The notes beneath the pieces were generated by a model, which was not told the origin of the DNA, made no database searches, and worked only from the letters and a program-made list of their open reading frames with translations. A stretch of DNA of 57,933 nucleotides, filler included, from Squatina squatina (taxonomy: Eukaryota), in the NCBI GenBank assembly GCA_031763465.1. It is 4 parts of 3 records of this genome, joined end to end, with 100 filler letters (N's around TTAATTAATTAA, not from the genome) between each part and the next. Parts side by side here need not be neighbours in the genome. Positions count along the whole stretch, not along the records: positions 1 to 12,861 come from JARFOE010000051.1; positions 12,962 to 26,461 come from JARFOE010000056.1; 2 more parts are not named here. One strand, 5' to 3'. Position 1 is the first letter of the stretch, and the number at the start of each line of letters is the position of its first letter. Shown here piece after piece: positions 12,131-22,870 of this stretch. A program made the translations under genes and the position numbers.

Positions 12131-12154
12131 AGAAAGATATTGGAGAGAAAGAAA

Positions 12155-12255
12155 AAAAGACTTGCATTTATATAGTGCCTTTCACGACCACCAGATGTCT
12201 CAAAGCGCTTTACAACCAATTAAGTACTTTTGGAGTGTAGTCCCTGTTGTAAATT
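12155..12255 (-). mobile_element. Deu-domain SINE 3' tail
   Basis: Closely matches 1585-1685. Confidence 0.7.
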
Positions 12256-12355
12256 NNNNNNNNNNNNNNNNNNNNNNNNNNNNNNNNNNNNNNNNNNNNN
12301 NNNNNNNNNNNNNNNNNNNNNNNNNNNNNNNNNNNNNNNNNNNNNNNNNNNNNNN

Positions 12356-12466
12356 GAAACATTAACTCTGTTTTTCTCTGCACAGATGCAGCTTGGCCTG
12401 CTGAGTATTTCTAGCATTTTCTATTTTTATTTCAGATTCCAGCATCTGCAGTATTTTGCTTTTGTA
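12356..12466 (+). repeat. Penelope-type terminal repeat fragment
   Basis: gaaacattaactctgtttttctctgcacagatgca...ttcagattccagcatctgcagtattttgct; starts at a gap edge. Confidence 0.55.
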
Positions 12467-12861
12467 TTGCTTTTATAATTTTAAACTTATTGACCCATTA
12501 CAACAAATCCCAGTAAGACGCAACATTGGGAAATCACTGTACACATCGCCCAATCTTCCAATCACAAACACAATAGTCAAAAATTATGTGTAGGATATGC
12601 AACTATTTATGGCCTACATTGTTCCCAAATTAACTATTATATAAAAGATACATTAACCCAAAAATTAGCACACAAAATTCCCCCCAGGGAAATAAGACAC
12701 CACAGCATTTATAATTTTTTAAACAAAGTAACATTTGGCTTTGGAGAAAAGAAACAGTTCAAAAAGTCAATTTTTGGTGACCTGTTTGGGGAAATACATA
12801 ACTGTCCAATTACATTCTGTACATGGTGTTGATAAAAAGCACTGCAGAATTCTTCGCAGTG

Positions 12862-12961
12862 NNNNNNNNNNNNNNNNNNNNNNNNNNNNNNNNNNNNNNN
12901 NNNNNTTAATTAATTAANNNNNNNNNNNNNNNNNNNNNNNNNNNNNNNNNNNNNNNNNNNN
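12862..12961. other. Artificial contig-joining spacer (N44-TTAATTAATTAA-N44)
   Basis: Palindromic 12-mer with stops in all six frames centred in Ns; identical structure three times in the window. Confidence 0.95.
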
Positions 12962-13089
12962 CCCCATTATTGCTCAGTTGCTGCAATCTATTATTAGTCT
13001 ATATGCTACCCCCATGATTTCCCAGTTATTATCTAATCTAGCATTGCTCCTCCTGTTATTTCCCAGTTGCTATAATCAGACCAGTGGCA

Positions 13090-13400
13090 CACACGTCATC
13101 ACGAACGTCAATTCTTCCATTTTAGACCATCTCGCTCCCATTGGTGGCAACGTTGCGTTTCGTCACAATCACCCCACCGTCCAATGGCGACGCGGGGCCA
13201 GCCCCTCGCTCATGCCGGATTGGCGGAGCGGGCGTGGGTTTTTTGGGGGGAGGGATTTAAGCAGCTGCTCAACTCGGATTGGATGGCTGTGCCATCAATC
13301 AGAAAAATGCGTGGCCTCTGGTTGGACAAGGTCACGGTCTTCATGTGAAGGGTTGGAGTTTCGCCCTATAAATCAGAGCGGCGGCGGCGGCTCAGGGCCA
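13090..13400 (+). promoter_or_regulatory. BTG2 proximal promoter (CpG-rich)
   Basis: TATAAA 13367-13372; CCAAT/ATTGG at 13140, 13181, 13219 and 13278; GC box gggcgtggg 13230-13238; CRE half-sites (A)CGTCA at 13093, 13105 and 13161; about 270 nt upstream of the ATG. Confidence 0.75.
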
Positions 13401-13639
13401 GACTCGGAGCGAGTCATCCTAGAATAGGGGGCTGGCAAGTTGGGGGAAAGAAAAATCATTCAATAAGCTCCGGTGGCTAATCAAATCAAGCCACGAAGAG
13501 ACTCGCACTTCCAAAAAAATATATATATACAAATTTGCAGTTATATATCTCGATTCCAATTAATACAGTCGCCTGTCGGGGCTCCGGTTCGTCAACAAGT
13601 CTTTCTTCCCTTTGTCTGCAGTCGGATTGCTGTGTGAGC

Positions 13640-13751
13640 ATGGAGATCGCGGCTGCTGTGGGCTTTGTCAGTAGGCTGCTGCGGAACACGGGCTTGGTGA
13701 GCCCGGGACAGCTGCAGATCTTCAGTCACTCGCTGCAAGATGCGCTGGCAG
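13640..13751 (+). CDS. BTG2: BTG2 (BTG/Tob antiproliferative protein) exon 1
   Basis: Strong Kozak agcATGG; [37 protein letters not shown]; donor G|GTGAGT at 13752 (phase 1). Confidence 0.88.
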
Positions 13752-13759
13752 GTGAGTAA

Positions 13760-14030
13760 CCAGGGAGGGGGAGAGACGGAGGCAGAGAGTGAGACCGGGA
13801 CATCAGGACGGACAGAGCCGAGGGGGGACACAGACACAGACAGAGAGCGAGGTTGGTGAGAGGGGGTGGAGACCGAGACACAGAGCGAGGGTGAGGGGGG
13901 GATGGAAAGACAGACACAGCCACAGCCACAGCGAGGGGGGACGTGAGGAGACTGAGACAGACAGAGCGATTGGCGGGGGGAGAGACCGAGACACAGACAG
14001 CGAGGGGGGAAGCGGAGGCTGAATGGGAGC
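13760..14030 (+). repeat. Purine-rich low-complexity (GA/GACA) repeat at the 5' end of the BTG2 intron
   Basis: Recurring gagaccgagacacaga / gagcgagggggg units with strong G+A strand bias. Confidence 0.7.
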
Positions 14031-14712
14031 GGAGCCGCAACTACCTGTTCCAGAGCGCTGGCGTTGGGACTTGTTACTGTGCTCTAAACCACAGGAGGAA
14101 AACCAAATTGCAAGTTTTTAAAATAAAGAAATGGATGCAAGTTTTTTTTTAATAAAGATATTGCAAGTTTTAAAGGCTGCCTGTCAATGTAAACATCAAG
14201 CGGAGTGTCTGTAAATATTTGCACTCGGTGCTTATTTCTTTCCGATTTTCTAAATCCCGATTTTTTTTTAAGTACTTTCTGCCAAGTCTTCCAGCTTGTG
14301 ATCTGCAAGGCTGAACAAAAGCCTCGACGTTAAGAGAAGTGTGTGACGCAGAACAGAAAGCACTCTTGCTAATGTTTGGAGTGCCCAACAAGTCATCAAG
14401 CTGATCACTATTTTAAATATGAACAACTTCTGAAAAAAATTGTCTAGTAAAAATTTACTTTCACAAAACAAACCCTTTTTTTAAAAACTTCCATCTTGGA
14501 TTTGATGCTTAATAGAAATACTTTGAAACTAACTGTTAGAAGAAGAATACTTTTTATCTTACTGCTTTTATAAACTTAGTACTAAACTTGTGATAGGTGT
14601 AAAGATAATTTTATACTGTTGTAGTTTATAGGAATATTTTGACTCTTTTAATATTGGTAAAATGCCTTTTGCTATAACCTTATTAATCTTGGGTGTCCAT
14701 CTTCCCTTTCAG

Positions 14713-15041
14713 AGCACTACAGACATCATTGGTTTCCAGACAAACCGTGCAAAGGATCGGGTTACCGGTGTATCCGAATAAATCACAAAATGGACCCCTT
14801 GATTGGAAAAGCTGCCAACAGAATCGGGCTCAGCAGCCAGCAGCTCTACAGACTCCTTCCCAGTGAGCTGACTCTGTGGGTCGACCCATATGAGGTCTCT
14901 TACCGCATAGGCGAAGATGGTTCCATATGTGTCCTGTACGAAGCACTGCCAGCAAATAACCTGGGAATGCTAACCTGTAAAAATGAGCTAATGGGCAGAA
15001 CCAGTCCTCCCAAAAACTACTGGATGACAGTTTCGAGCTGA
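14713..15041 (+). CDS. BTG2: BTG2 exon 2 (boxes A/B/C and C-terminus); spliced protein 146 aa
   Basis: Acceptor cttccctttcag|; [29 protein letters not shown]...[29 protein letters not shown]...[23 protein letters not shown]. The short C-terminus lacking the BTG1 insert and the convergent FMOD neighbour favour BTG2 over BTG1. Confidence 0.9.
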
Positions 15042-16010
15042 GGCACTTTGCTGCAACTGAGCAATATATACCTTAAGTGGAGATTTTTCTTTTTTTTTAA
15101 AGTTCTGTGGCTTATAAAAATAACTTGGCCCTGATAAAATCAGTTCTGCTTATGCAGGTTGACTTTGTCAGGTATGATTAAGCAGTTATCTGGATGGGGG
15201 ATTTCCAAAGGAGCATCGAGTGGGATTTAACCCAATTGTGAAACTATTGCCATTGGAATAGTTTCACCACTGGGTTGTTCAGCGAAAGTAGGCATAACTA
15301 CTTCTGCTGATTAAACTATGTATTCTAATTTTTTGAGGATGGGATTTTATTGGCTCTTCACCCAAATGGTTGGCACCTAAGTAAAACTTTTTATATTGTG
15401 AAAATACAACGTTGAGCGTTGGAAACAAAATAATAAAGCACTGAAAACGAAGAACACTTTAAAAGATTTCTGAATAAAAGGATTACAACCATGGTATATT
15501 TTGATCAAGACAAAAAAGTAAGCTGTTTTGAACATTTTTAAAGTTTTTAAATTACAACATTGCTGTTTATAGGTCTGACTATGACATGTTCCGCTTTTGG
15601 GGAATAGCATACAATCGGACTTATAAGAGATTTGCCCTCGCTTTTTTTGACTGTTGCGTAACTCAGTATTGATCAAAGAAGGTGAAGTACATTTTACATA
15701 TCCCACGTTTGAGGGGACACTGCCTTTTGGACTAAGCTGTGAATTGATTCCTGTAGTTTATTGTAAAACTGACAAGATTTTATGTAATCCTGCAAAGTTG
15801 TTTTCAAATGAAAGCTCAAGGAAAAATCACTTTTGGTAGTATATTGTGCAGATCTAGTTTAGTTGTCTGTACATAGTTTTTTTGACAGTCTGTAAGCTAT
15901 GTGAATCTGAAACTGTTGTACATTTTTTCTTAAGTATTGTACAGCTGTATTGAAGAAATTGTACAGTTTTCTATTAAGTTTTAATTAAAGCATACTTTTC
16001 AATGGAAAGC
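15042..16010 (+). other. BTG2 3'UTR with probable poly(A) signal ATTAAA 15984-15989
   Basis: AU-rich, repeat-free sequence after the stop; TGTACA cluster at 15868-15965; ATTAAA followed by a U-rich element near 16015-16025. Confidence 0.6.
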
Positions 16011-16999
16011 AATCTTATTTTTATTGAGGTTGAAGTGATCCAGTACACTCAATGAGGAAGTCTTAAAATTACTGAAACATTGTAGGTGGCTGGGGAAATT
16101 CCAGTTTGGGTATAACGCAGCCACGTCACTGCAGAAGTAATACAACTAAGTTTAAATTTAGAGTACACCAAGATAAGTTTCTGTACTATATGGAAATTTG
16201 AAGTATCCTCTTTCGTACATAATGACATTCCCAGGGCCTGTGGAACATCTCGATGTGGTGGACCTGCAATTCAGACCATTTACTCTATAGTCCATTGCTC
16301 TCTACATCCTATTTCTCTCCACAGATGCTGCTCAACTGTCTTTCAGCATTTTCTGTTTTCAGATTTCTAGCATCTGCAGTATTTTGCTTTGGTACACTCT
16401 ACATCCTCTCTGCAGCCTTTCACAAGTTGCAACTTGGCGATTTCTGCCTTCTCCCATTGCTTCTGTCTCTACTGACTTTGGGCTCTTTGCCTCCCAATGT
16501 GTTGGCTTCAAAATCCACAATCTTGATCCTACCATCCAATCTGGAGCCCTATATTCTGCCATGTTTCCCTCATTTTTGAATGCATCTTTTCTTTCCCTTT
16601 TTGGTTTTCTCCTAACTCCAGCATTTTAGTTAGTCTTAATTGTCTTGGAATGTTCTCAAAGCTGTCTTGCTACTTCAATAACAATCTCAAAATAATGCAT
16701 ATCCCTTGATATTAAAGACATCAAAGGATATGAGGATAGTGCAGGAAAATGGTAGATGATCAGCCATGATCTTGTTGAATGACAGAGCAGGCTAGAGGGG
16801 CCGAATGGACTCCTCCTATTTCTTGTGTAACCCTCTTTTGATGCCATTAGTTACTCTTCCTACCAGTTATTTTTTACTTCAGTGCTTTGGGATGTATTGG
16901 TATGTCACAGGTTGTATAGATGTATAAGATGTTCTGAGCAGTCTGCTATTTGTGCTTAATATGGTGGAAATTTGAGGTGAAACCTAGGACGAATAATAA

Positions 17000-18020
17000 A
17001 TTTTGCTAACCTACAGCAACAATATGGATTTTAAAGAAAAAGGATAAACTAATCAAATGTGGAGGTGATGCCAAGCTAGGAGGGAGGGCGATCGAATCTG
17101 AAGCAAACGTGAGCTACAAAATAAATTAAAGTAAGTGGGTGGACTTGTGATGGATGAAATACTGCACAGTTGAAGAAAGTGAGAGCATTGTACAACCAAG
17201 AGCAATGGTGAAGATGGGAGACATTTGCTGCTTAATATGCTTTGTTACATCAGAGCACCAATTGCCAAAGAGTGGAATGTTGAACTGTGGTGAAATCAGT
17301 AAGAGTAGAAGGATGCCTCTAAAACCAGTGTTCTGGACAGAATTGATCTGGTGTCCAATTTTGGTTAAACATTATTCCAGCCATGGAAGTGTGCAGGGAA
17401 GAGTCACCTCGCTATTCCCTGGTATTAAGACAATTGAGTTCTGAGGAAAGACTGAGAAACTTGGTGTTCAATTTGAATGGATGTAACAATGGGATCATGT
17501 AGCAATATAAAAGATAAGANNNNNNNNNNNNNNNNNNNNNNNNNNNNNNNNNNNNNNNNNNNNNNNNNNNNNNNNNNNNNNNNNNNNNNNNNNNNNNNNN
17601 NNNNNNNNNNNNNNNNNNNGCATTGCACTGGAGTACCAGCCGAGATTTTTTGCGCTCAAGTCTCTGGAGTGGGACTATGAACCCACAGCCTTCTGACTAA
17701 GAGGTGAGAGTGCTACCCACTGAGCCACAGGATAACAATCCCAGCTTCTCCAATCTCTCCACATAACTGAAGTCCCACATCCATTATATTGTCCTGGTAA
17801 ACCTCCTTTGTATCCTCCCAAGGCCTTGACAACCTTCCTGAAGTATGCTGCCCAGAATTGTATACAATACTCCCAGCTGAGGCCTAACCAGGGATTTATA
17901 AAGGTTTAGCATGACTTCCTGCTTTTGTATTCAATGCCCCTATTTACAAAGCCAAGTATCCCATATGATTTCTTAACTGTTTTATCAACTTTCTCTGCCA
18001 CCTTCAAGGATTTGTGAATA
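17000..18020. mobile_element. Cluster of decayed CR1 fragments and a Deu-SINE head (17620-17715)
   Basis: 17720-18020 resembles CR1 ORF2 on the minus strand; 17620-17715 matches 1930-2040. Confidence 0.55.
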
Positions 18021-18114
18021 TGTTTGAATCTGTTCACTGCAGGTCAGTGTCTAGACAGAGTATGTCTGAATCTGTACACTACAGGTCAGTCTACATACAG
18101 AGCATGTCTGAATC
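18021..18114 (+). repeat. 42-bp tandem repeat, about 2.2 copies
   Basis: tgtttgaatctgttcactgcaggtcagtgtctagacagagta / tgtctgaatctgtacactacaggtcagtctacatacagagca / tgtctgaatc. Confidence 0.85.
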
Positions 18115-20534
18115 CAGTTTTGGTGATGAATGAATGTTATCCAGCACATGTAAAACTTTCCTGCTCTTCTTCAAATAGTCCCTTTTACGTCCATCTCAAC
18201 AGGCAGTCAGAACTTCAGCTTAATGTCTCACCCGAAAGACAGCAGTACTCCTGCAGTGTTAGCCTAGATTACATGCTTACGTCATAGATAAGACTTGAAC
18301 CTACAACCTTCTAACTCAGAGGCAAGAATGCTACACATGAGTAAAGCTGACACTAGCAATGGGGATAGGTCAGAGATAAGAAGAAAAAACAATAGTTGAT
18401 TTATCCCCTCCCTGGCCTAGAGACACTAAAGCCAACGGTTAGAAACATATTATCTCTCTGACTTAGGCCAGCAAACTGAGCACAGATCAGGGATTGAACT
18501 TGGGACTTATTTGATTTGTGTGGCCAAGTACCAGGTTGCACATTTATCGACAGAGCCACTGATGGAGTGGCAAAATATTAATTTCTTTTCTTTTGATATA
18601 TTGAGGCATAAATCATAAATATTGTCTAAGTATCTTAGCCTCAGATGAGATTCGGGATTAACGGAAAGTAGATGAACAAACAGCTACTGCAGCATGCAGT
18701 GCATATTTTAATGATGTACACAAATAAAGCTTGGAATCGTCTACCGTAAGCAAATAAATAAAAGTTAAACCTTATCAGCACACGGAATTCTTTTGTACGT
18801 AGCAAAGCCATAATAAAATCTTTGACAGTGTAGGAGTTGGAAAAAGAGCTCATAATAGGTAAAATGTGAACCATTTTTGACAGCTTGACGCTGGCCCAGA
18901 TGAAACCAGAGACATCTTCCATTAAACAAGAAATAACAATTCAGCTTTTGTTAACTGTTTCGCTAAACCTGGCATGTTTGTGTCAGCTTCAATTCATTTC
19001 TCCAGCAGTTCTGACTGGACTGCCACCCTTGCATGCAGATTACATTTATTAACGGTAATTGGAGTCTCTGGAGACTGTGATCGCAATGTCACTACATTAA
19101 TTGAGTGCTACACTCTAGATTGCTGCTTTACGTGCTCTGCGCTGGTGTTGTAACCGTCTCCATTGCAGCTTCCTCACGCCGTTGCTTTGGTTACAGTGAA
19201 AGGCAAACCTGTAGACTCTGTGGTCAGCAAGTTGCTGCTGGATATCAATAAACCTTCCCACGAGAAGAAATAGCACTTGTACAGTCTCCAAGAACCTTTT
19301 TCAGTTTAAAAGATCTAGTAATGGGAAATGAAACAGAACAGGCAAAAGAAGTAAGGGTAGGGGAACATCTAGGCAATANNNNNNNNNNNNNNNNNNNNNN
19401 NNNNNNNNNNNNNNNNNNNNNNNNNNNNNNNNNNNNNNNNNNNNNNNNNNNNNNNNNNNNNNNNNNNNNNNNNNNNNNATGAATTAGGAAGGGAAAATGT
19501 TAGGTTGCATTCAATCAGATGAACAGAAGCTGTTAGCTTAGAGTATTAACGATTGTGCCACAGGATTGGCTCAGGAGTTCGCTGTTGGTTACCGTGTAAT
19601 AGAAAGCAGTTAGACAGCACCTCTTTCCAACCAAAATTCTACAGGGTCTGAATCATTCTGCAATCAAGTGGTTTGCAGCCAACGAGCTGCAGAATTCTCC
19701 TTCAAATATGAATTTAAAATTCTCTTAAGAATCAAAAATAGAGAGGCCTGAGCAGAATGTCAGGCTCAAACCCCACATCTAGATTACAATGAAATAAGAT
19801 GGGGGAACATGACTTGTATCTGTTTTTAAATGCAAGCTATGTGGAATTTTTCTCTCTGAAATTGGATACAAATCGAAGTATCCTGATACACAGACAAAGC
19901 AATGTTCCTTACTTAGGATTATTGATAGAACTGCAAAAGAGATTCTGCTAATTAAAAATTATCTGTCATTTCTTTTCTCCCCACACCCCCATCCCCATAA
20001 CCATCTCTTTTAACCTACTTCCCTCTCTTGATGCCCAGTCATCCTATCATGCAGGGTGTTAAATGAACAGCAGGAATACAGAGCCTTGTCATTCTGATTT
20101 TGGTGGCTACTAACTTAAGATCATTATTGATACCCTAATTATGGGACTTCAGAACAGGAAGAATCTCCACACCTGGAAACAGAATACTGGCTAACTTCAA
20201 TCCCCATTCCATCCATAAATCCCTGGTTTAATTCCTTTCGTTGGTTTATCCATAACACCGAGACTACCCTGTTCCAAGTCATTTTCTGTGTCTGAAATTA
20301 TAGCACAGTATCCTTCTTTGCCATCCTTGGTGAACCCATCCTCCTTCATCACTTCTACTTTGTTTTTCACCTCTATGGCATCACCGTTGTATACTTCCAC
20401 CCCTGTCCCAACATAGTCAGCACATCTCGTAACATTGCTCCTCCTCCCACGATCTTATAGTCACCTCAGGAATGCTACGTTATCCCAGCCATGCCCCCCT
20501 TCTATGTTATTGTTATTATTAGTTATTGTTTCTT

Positions 20535-20826
20535 TACTGATAGCACCTTTCATCATCTCAGGACTTCCCAAAATGCTTCACTGAAGTACTTTATGAAGTG
20601 TAGTCACTATTGTAATGTATGCGATAACCAATTTGCGCACAGCAAGATCTCACAAACAACAATGAGATAATAACAAGATAATCTGATTTTAGATGTTGGT
20701 TAAGGTACAAATATTGGCCAGGACACTAGAAGAGCTCCCCTGATCTTCAAAATAGTACCATGAGATCTTTTATGTCCACCTGAGAGGGCAGATGGGGCCT
20801 CGGTTTAACGTCTCATCCAAAAGACG
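20535..20826 (-). mobile_element. Deu-domain SINE, 5'-truncated
   Basis: Matches 1600-1905, including ggggcctcggtttaacgtctcatccaaaagacgg. Confidence 0.75.
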
Positions 20827-21158
20827 GAGGGGACAAGGATAGGTCCTTGAGGGAATCCAGAGGTAACGGTGCAGGACTGGGAACAGAATCCATTGCAGGA
20901 GGTTCTCTGACTGGATAGGTAAGAGTGGACCCAGACAAGGGCAGTCCCATTCAGCTGGACAACCAAGCAGAGATGTTGCAGGAGGATGTTGTCGTCAACT
21001 GTGTCAAAGGCTGCAGACTGGTTGAGAAGGATGAGGAGGGATAGTGCACCATGGTCACAATCACAGAGGATATCATTTGTGACTTTGATTAGTGCTGAGG
21101 CAAGGGCAGAAACCTGATTGAAGAGGTTCAAACATGGAATTGCAGGAAAGATGGACAC
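20827..21158 (-). mobile_element. L2-clade LINE RT fragment
   Basis: ALIKVTNDILCDCDHGALSLLILLNQSAAFDTVD...TSGFPQGPIL corresponds to the LDLSAAFDTV and GVPQGS RT motifs. Confidence 0.85.
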
Positions 21159-22090
21159 TCAGTGTCAAAACGTTCAGACTCAGCCAAGGCTCCCTCCTTA
21201 ACATCATTGGAAATCTATTGGAAAAACTGTTAAAATACATTTGGAAAAGGGACTGTCTCTTTAAGAGATTTAGAAACCAGCTGGTTAGTTTAATGAGTTA
21301 TTACTGTACGTGGTGCATAGTTCAGTTTTATGCCACCCTCTTCATCTGATCAGAACACGTGATAGTATGAGGCTGAACCGACCTCAGATGTTTATCAATA
21401 ATGAGCTACGGACAATTATGCAAATTTTTTCTCAGCCATCTGTGCTTTGAATTTTTTCTCTCTGAAACAAGTACAAACACATCCTGCTCCATCCCGGCGC
21501 CTCCAGGGGGGTTCCAGGCCTGTGAGAAACGACAGAGTTCTTTTGTATGCTTTCCAACAGGTTAGTTGTTTAATTGTTCGTTGGAAGCTTAGCATGTAAT
21601 TCATTTGGGATTTGTCCAGGCTAAAATGGCCTGACTTGAACCAACCCCCATCACCGTGTGCAAATAACAGTGAGGAACAAACGAGCGACACTGCTAACCC
21701 CATTGAGTAGAGCAGAAGGACTCTGAATGACGACTTTTGTCTCCCTGTGTGGATCGCGAGTTTGGAATCAAATGCATGATTGGCTCGGGCATTCTCCCTT
21801 CCCACTCTTCTGGCCATCCAAGTTATTTCAAGTCAACAGCTTTGTCTCCCAGCCGCCTCTAATAAGACAAGGGCATTATCATTCAAGTGTTGTGTTGCAT
21901 TTTCATGCAGCAGGAAACCTGGCTTTTGTGAGTCATGCCAAAGTTGTTCCATTTGCCCATTACTGGAGGGGGAATTGTGGAATCCCTGGGGCAAACAGGC
22001 CCATGTATGTTGTTGGTCTCTCAAAGAAAAGTGAATCTGGGCTGATTCTGTTCCGTTTTTGGGCTCTGATCAAAATCCATTGGAAAGAGC

Positions 22091-22188
22091 AAGAAGAGCG
22101 GACATAGGATAATGAGTGAGAGGAGCCGGGATAAACCACAAGAGGAGCGGACATGGGATAAAGAACGAGAGGAGCCGGCATAAACCAC
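22091..22188 (+). repeat. 49-bp minisatellite (2 visible copies, runs into a gap)
   Basis: aagaagagcggacataggataatgagtgagaggagccgggataaaccac / aagaggagcggacatgggataaagaacgagaggagccggcataaaccac. Confidence 0.85.
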
Positions 22189-22289
22189 NNNNNNNNNNNN
22201 NNNNNNNNNNNNNNNNNNNNNNNNNNNNNNNNNNNNNNNNNNNNNNNNNNNNNNNNNNNNNNNNNNNNNNNNNNNNNNNNNNNNNNNNT

Positions 22290-22870
22290 CTCTCTCCTCC
22301 TTTAAGACTCTCCTTAAACCTTTCTCTTTGACCAAGCGTTTGGACATCTGCCCTATTATCTCCGTATGTGGCCCAGTGTCAAACTTTGTTTTATAACGCT
22401 CCTGTGAAGCACCTTGGGACATTTTACTACATTAAAGGTGCTTTATAAGTACAAGTTGTTGTTGTTATGATGGATGAGCAGGATTTGGTGTGTGATAAGA
22501 TATAAGTAGCAGACCTTTGGATGAACTAAAATTTACAGAGGGTGATGGTTGGGCGGCTGGCCAGGAGAACATTGAACTAGTCGAGTTTCAAGGTGATAAA
22601 GGAACAAATGTGCTGTGATAGGGTCCTAGAAGGGTGATGTTATGGAGGTGCAAGGAGGCAATCTTTGTGATGGAGAGGGTACCGGCTCAGAAGCTCAGTT
22701 CGGTGCAAAGTAGGACACCAATTGCCTCAGAAAGTGGCCGGGAGTGGGCGGAGTCAGTAGCGAGGGTACACAGTCTGTGATGGGGGTCAAAAATAATGGC
22801 TTTGGTCCTCCTAATGTTTAGTTGGAGGAAACTGAAGCTCATCCAAGACTGGAGGTCAGACAGGCCATCT
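22290..22870. mobile_element. L2 3' tail (+) abutting a decayed L2 ORF2 fragment (-)
   Basis: Tail ends ataagtacaagttgttgttg; minus strand LSDLQSWMSFSFLQLNIRRTKAIIF corresponds to the L2 WM..NFLQLN..KT motif. Confidence 0.7.

Noticed and set aside
12906-12917. Palindrome TTAATTAATTAA repeated three times as a biological motif
   Set aside because: Always centred in N44 pads; it is a synthetic six-frame-stop linker.
13535-13639. ORF-track N-terminal extension of BTG2 from a TTG start
   Set aside because: Non-ATG start, no family similarity, and a strong-Kozak ATG at 13640; treated as 5'UTR.
19640-19700. Minus-strand ag|aattctgc (EFCSS...) as the FMOD last exon
   Set aside because: No polypyrimidine tract, stop after 14 codons, no LRLDGN motif.
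20197-20400. 67-aa acidic ORF MEVYNGDAIEV...
   Set aside because: No recognisable family or splice context; probably chance or decayed repeat.
22091-22188. Possible CRISPR-like repeat
   Set aside because: Directly tandem units with no unique spacers, no cas genes, vertebrate context.
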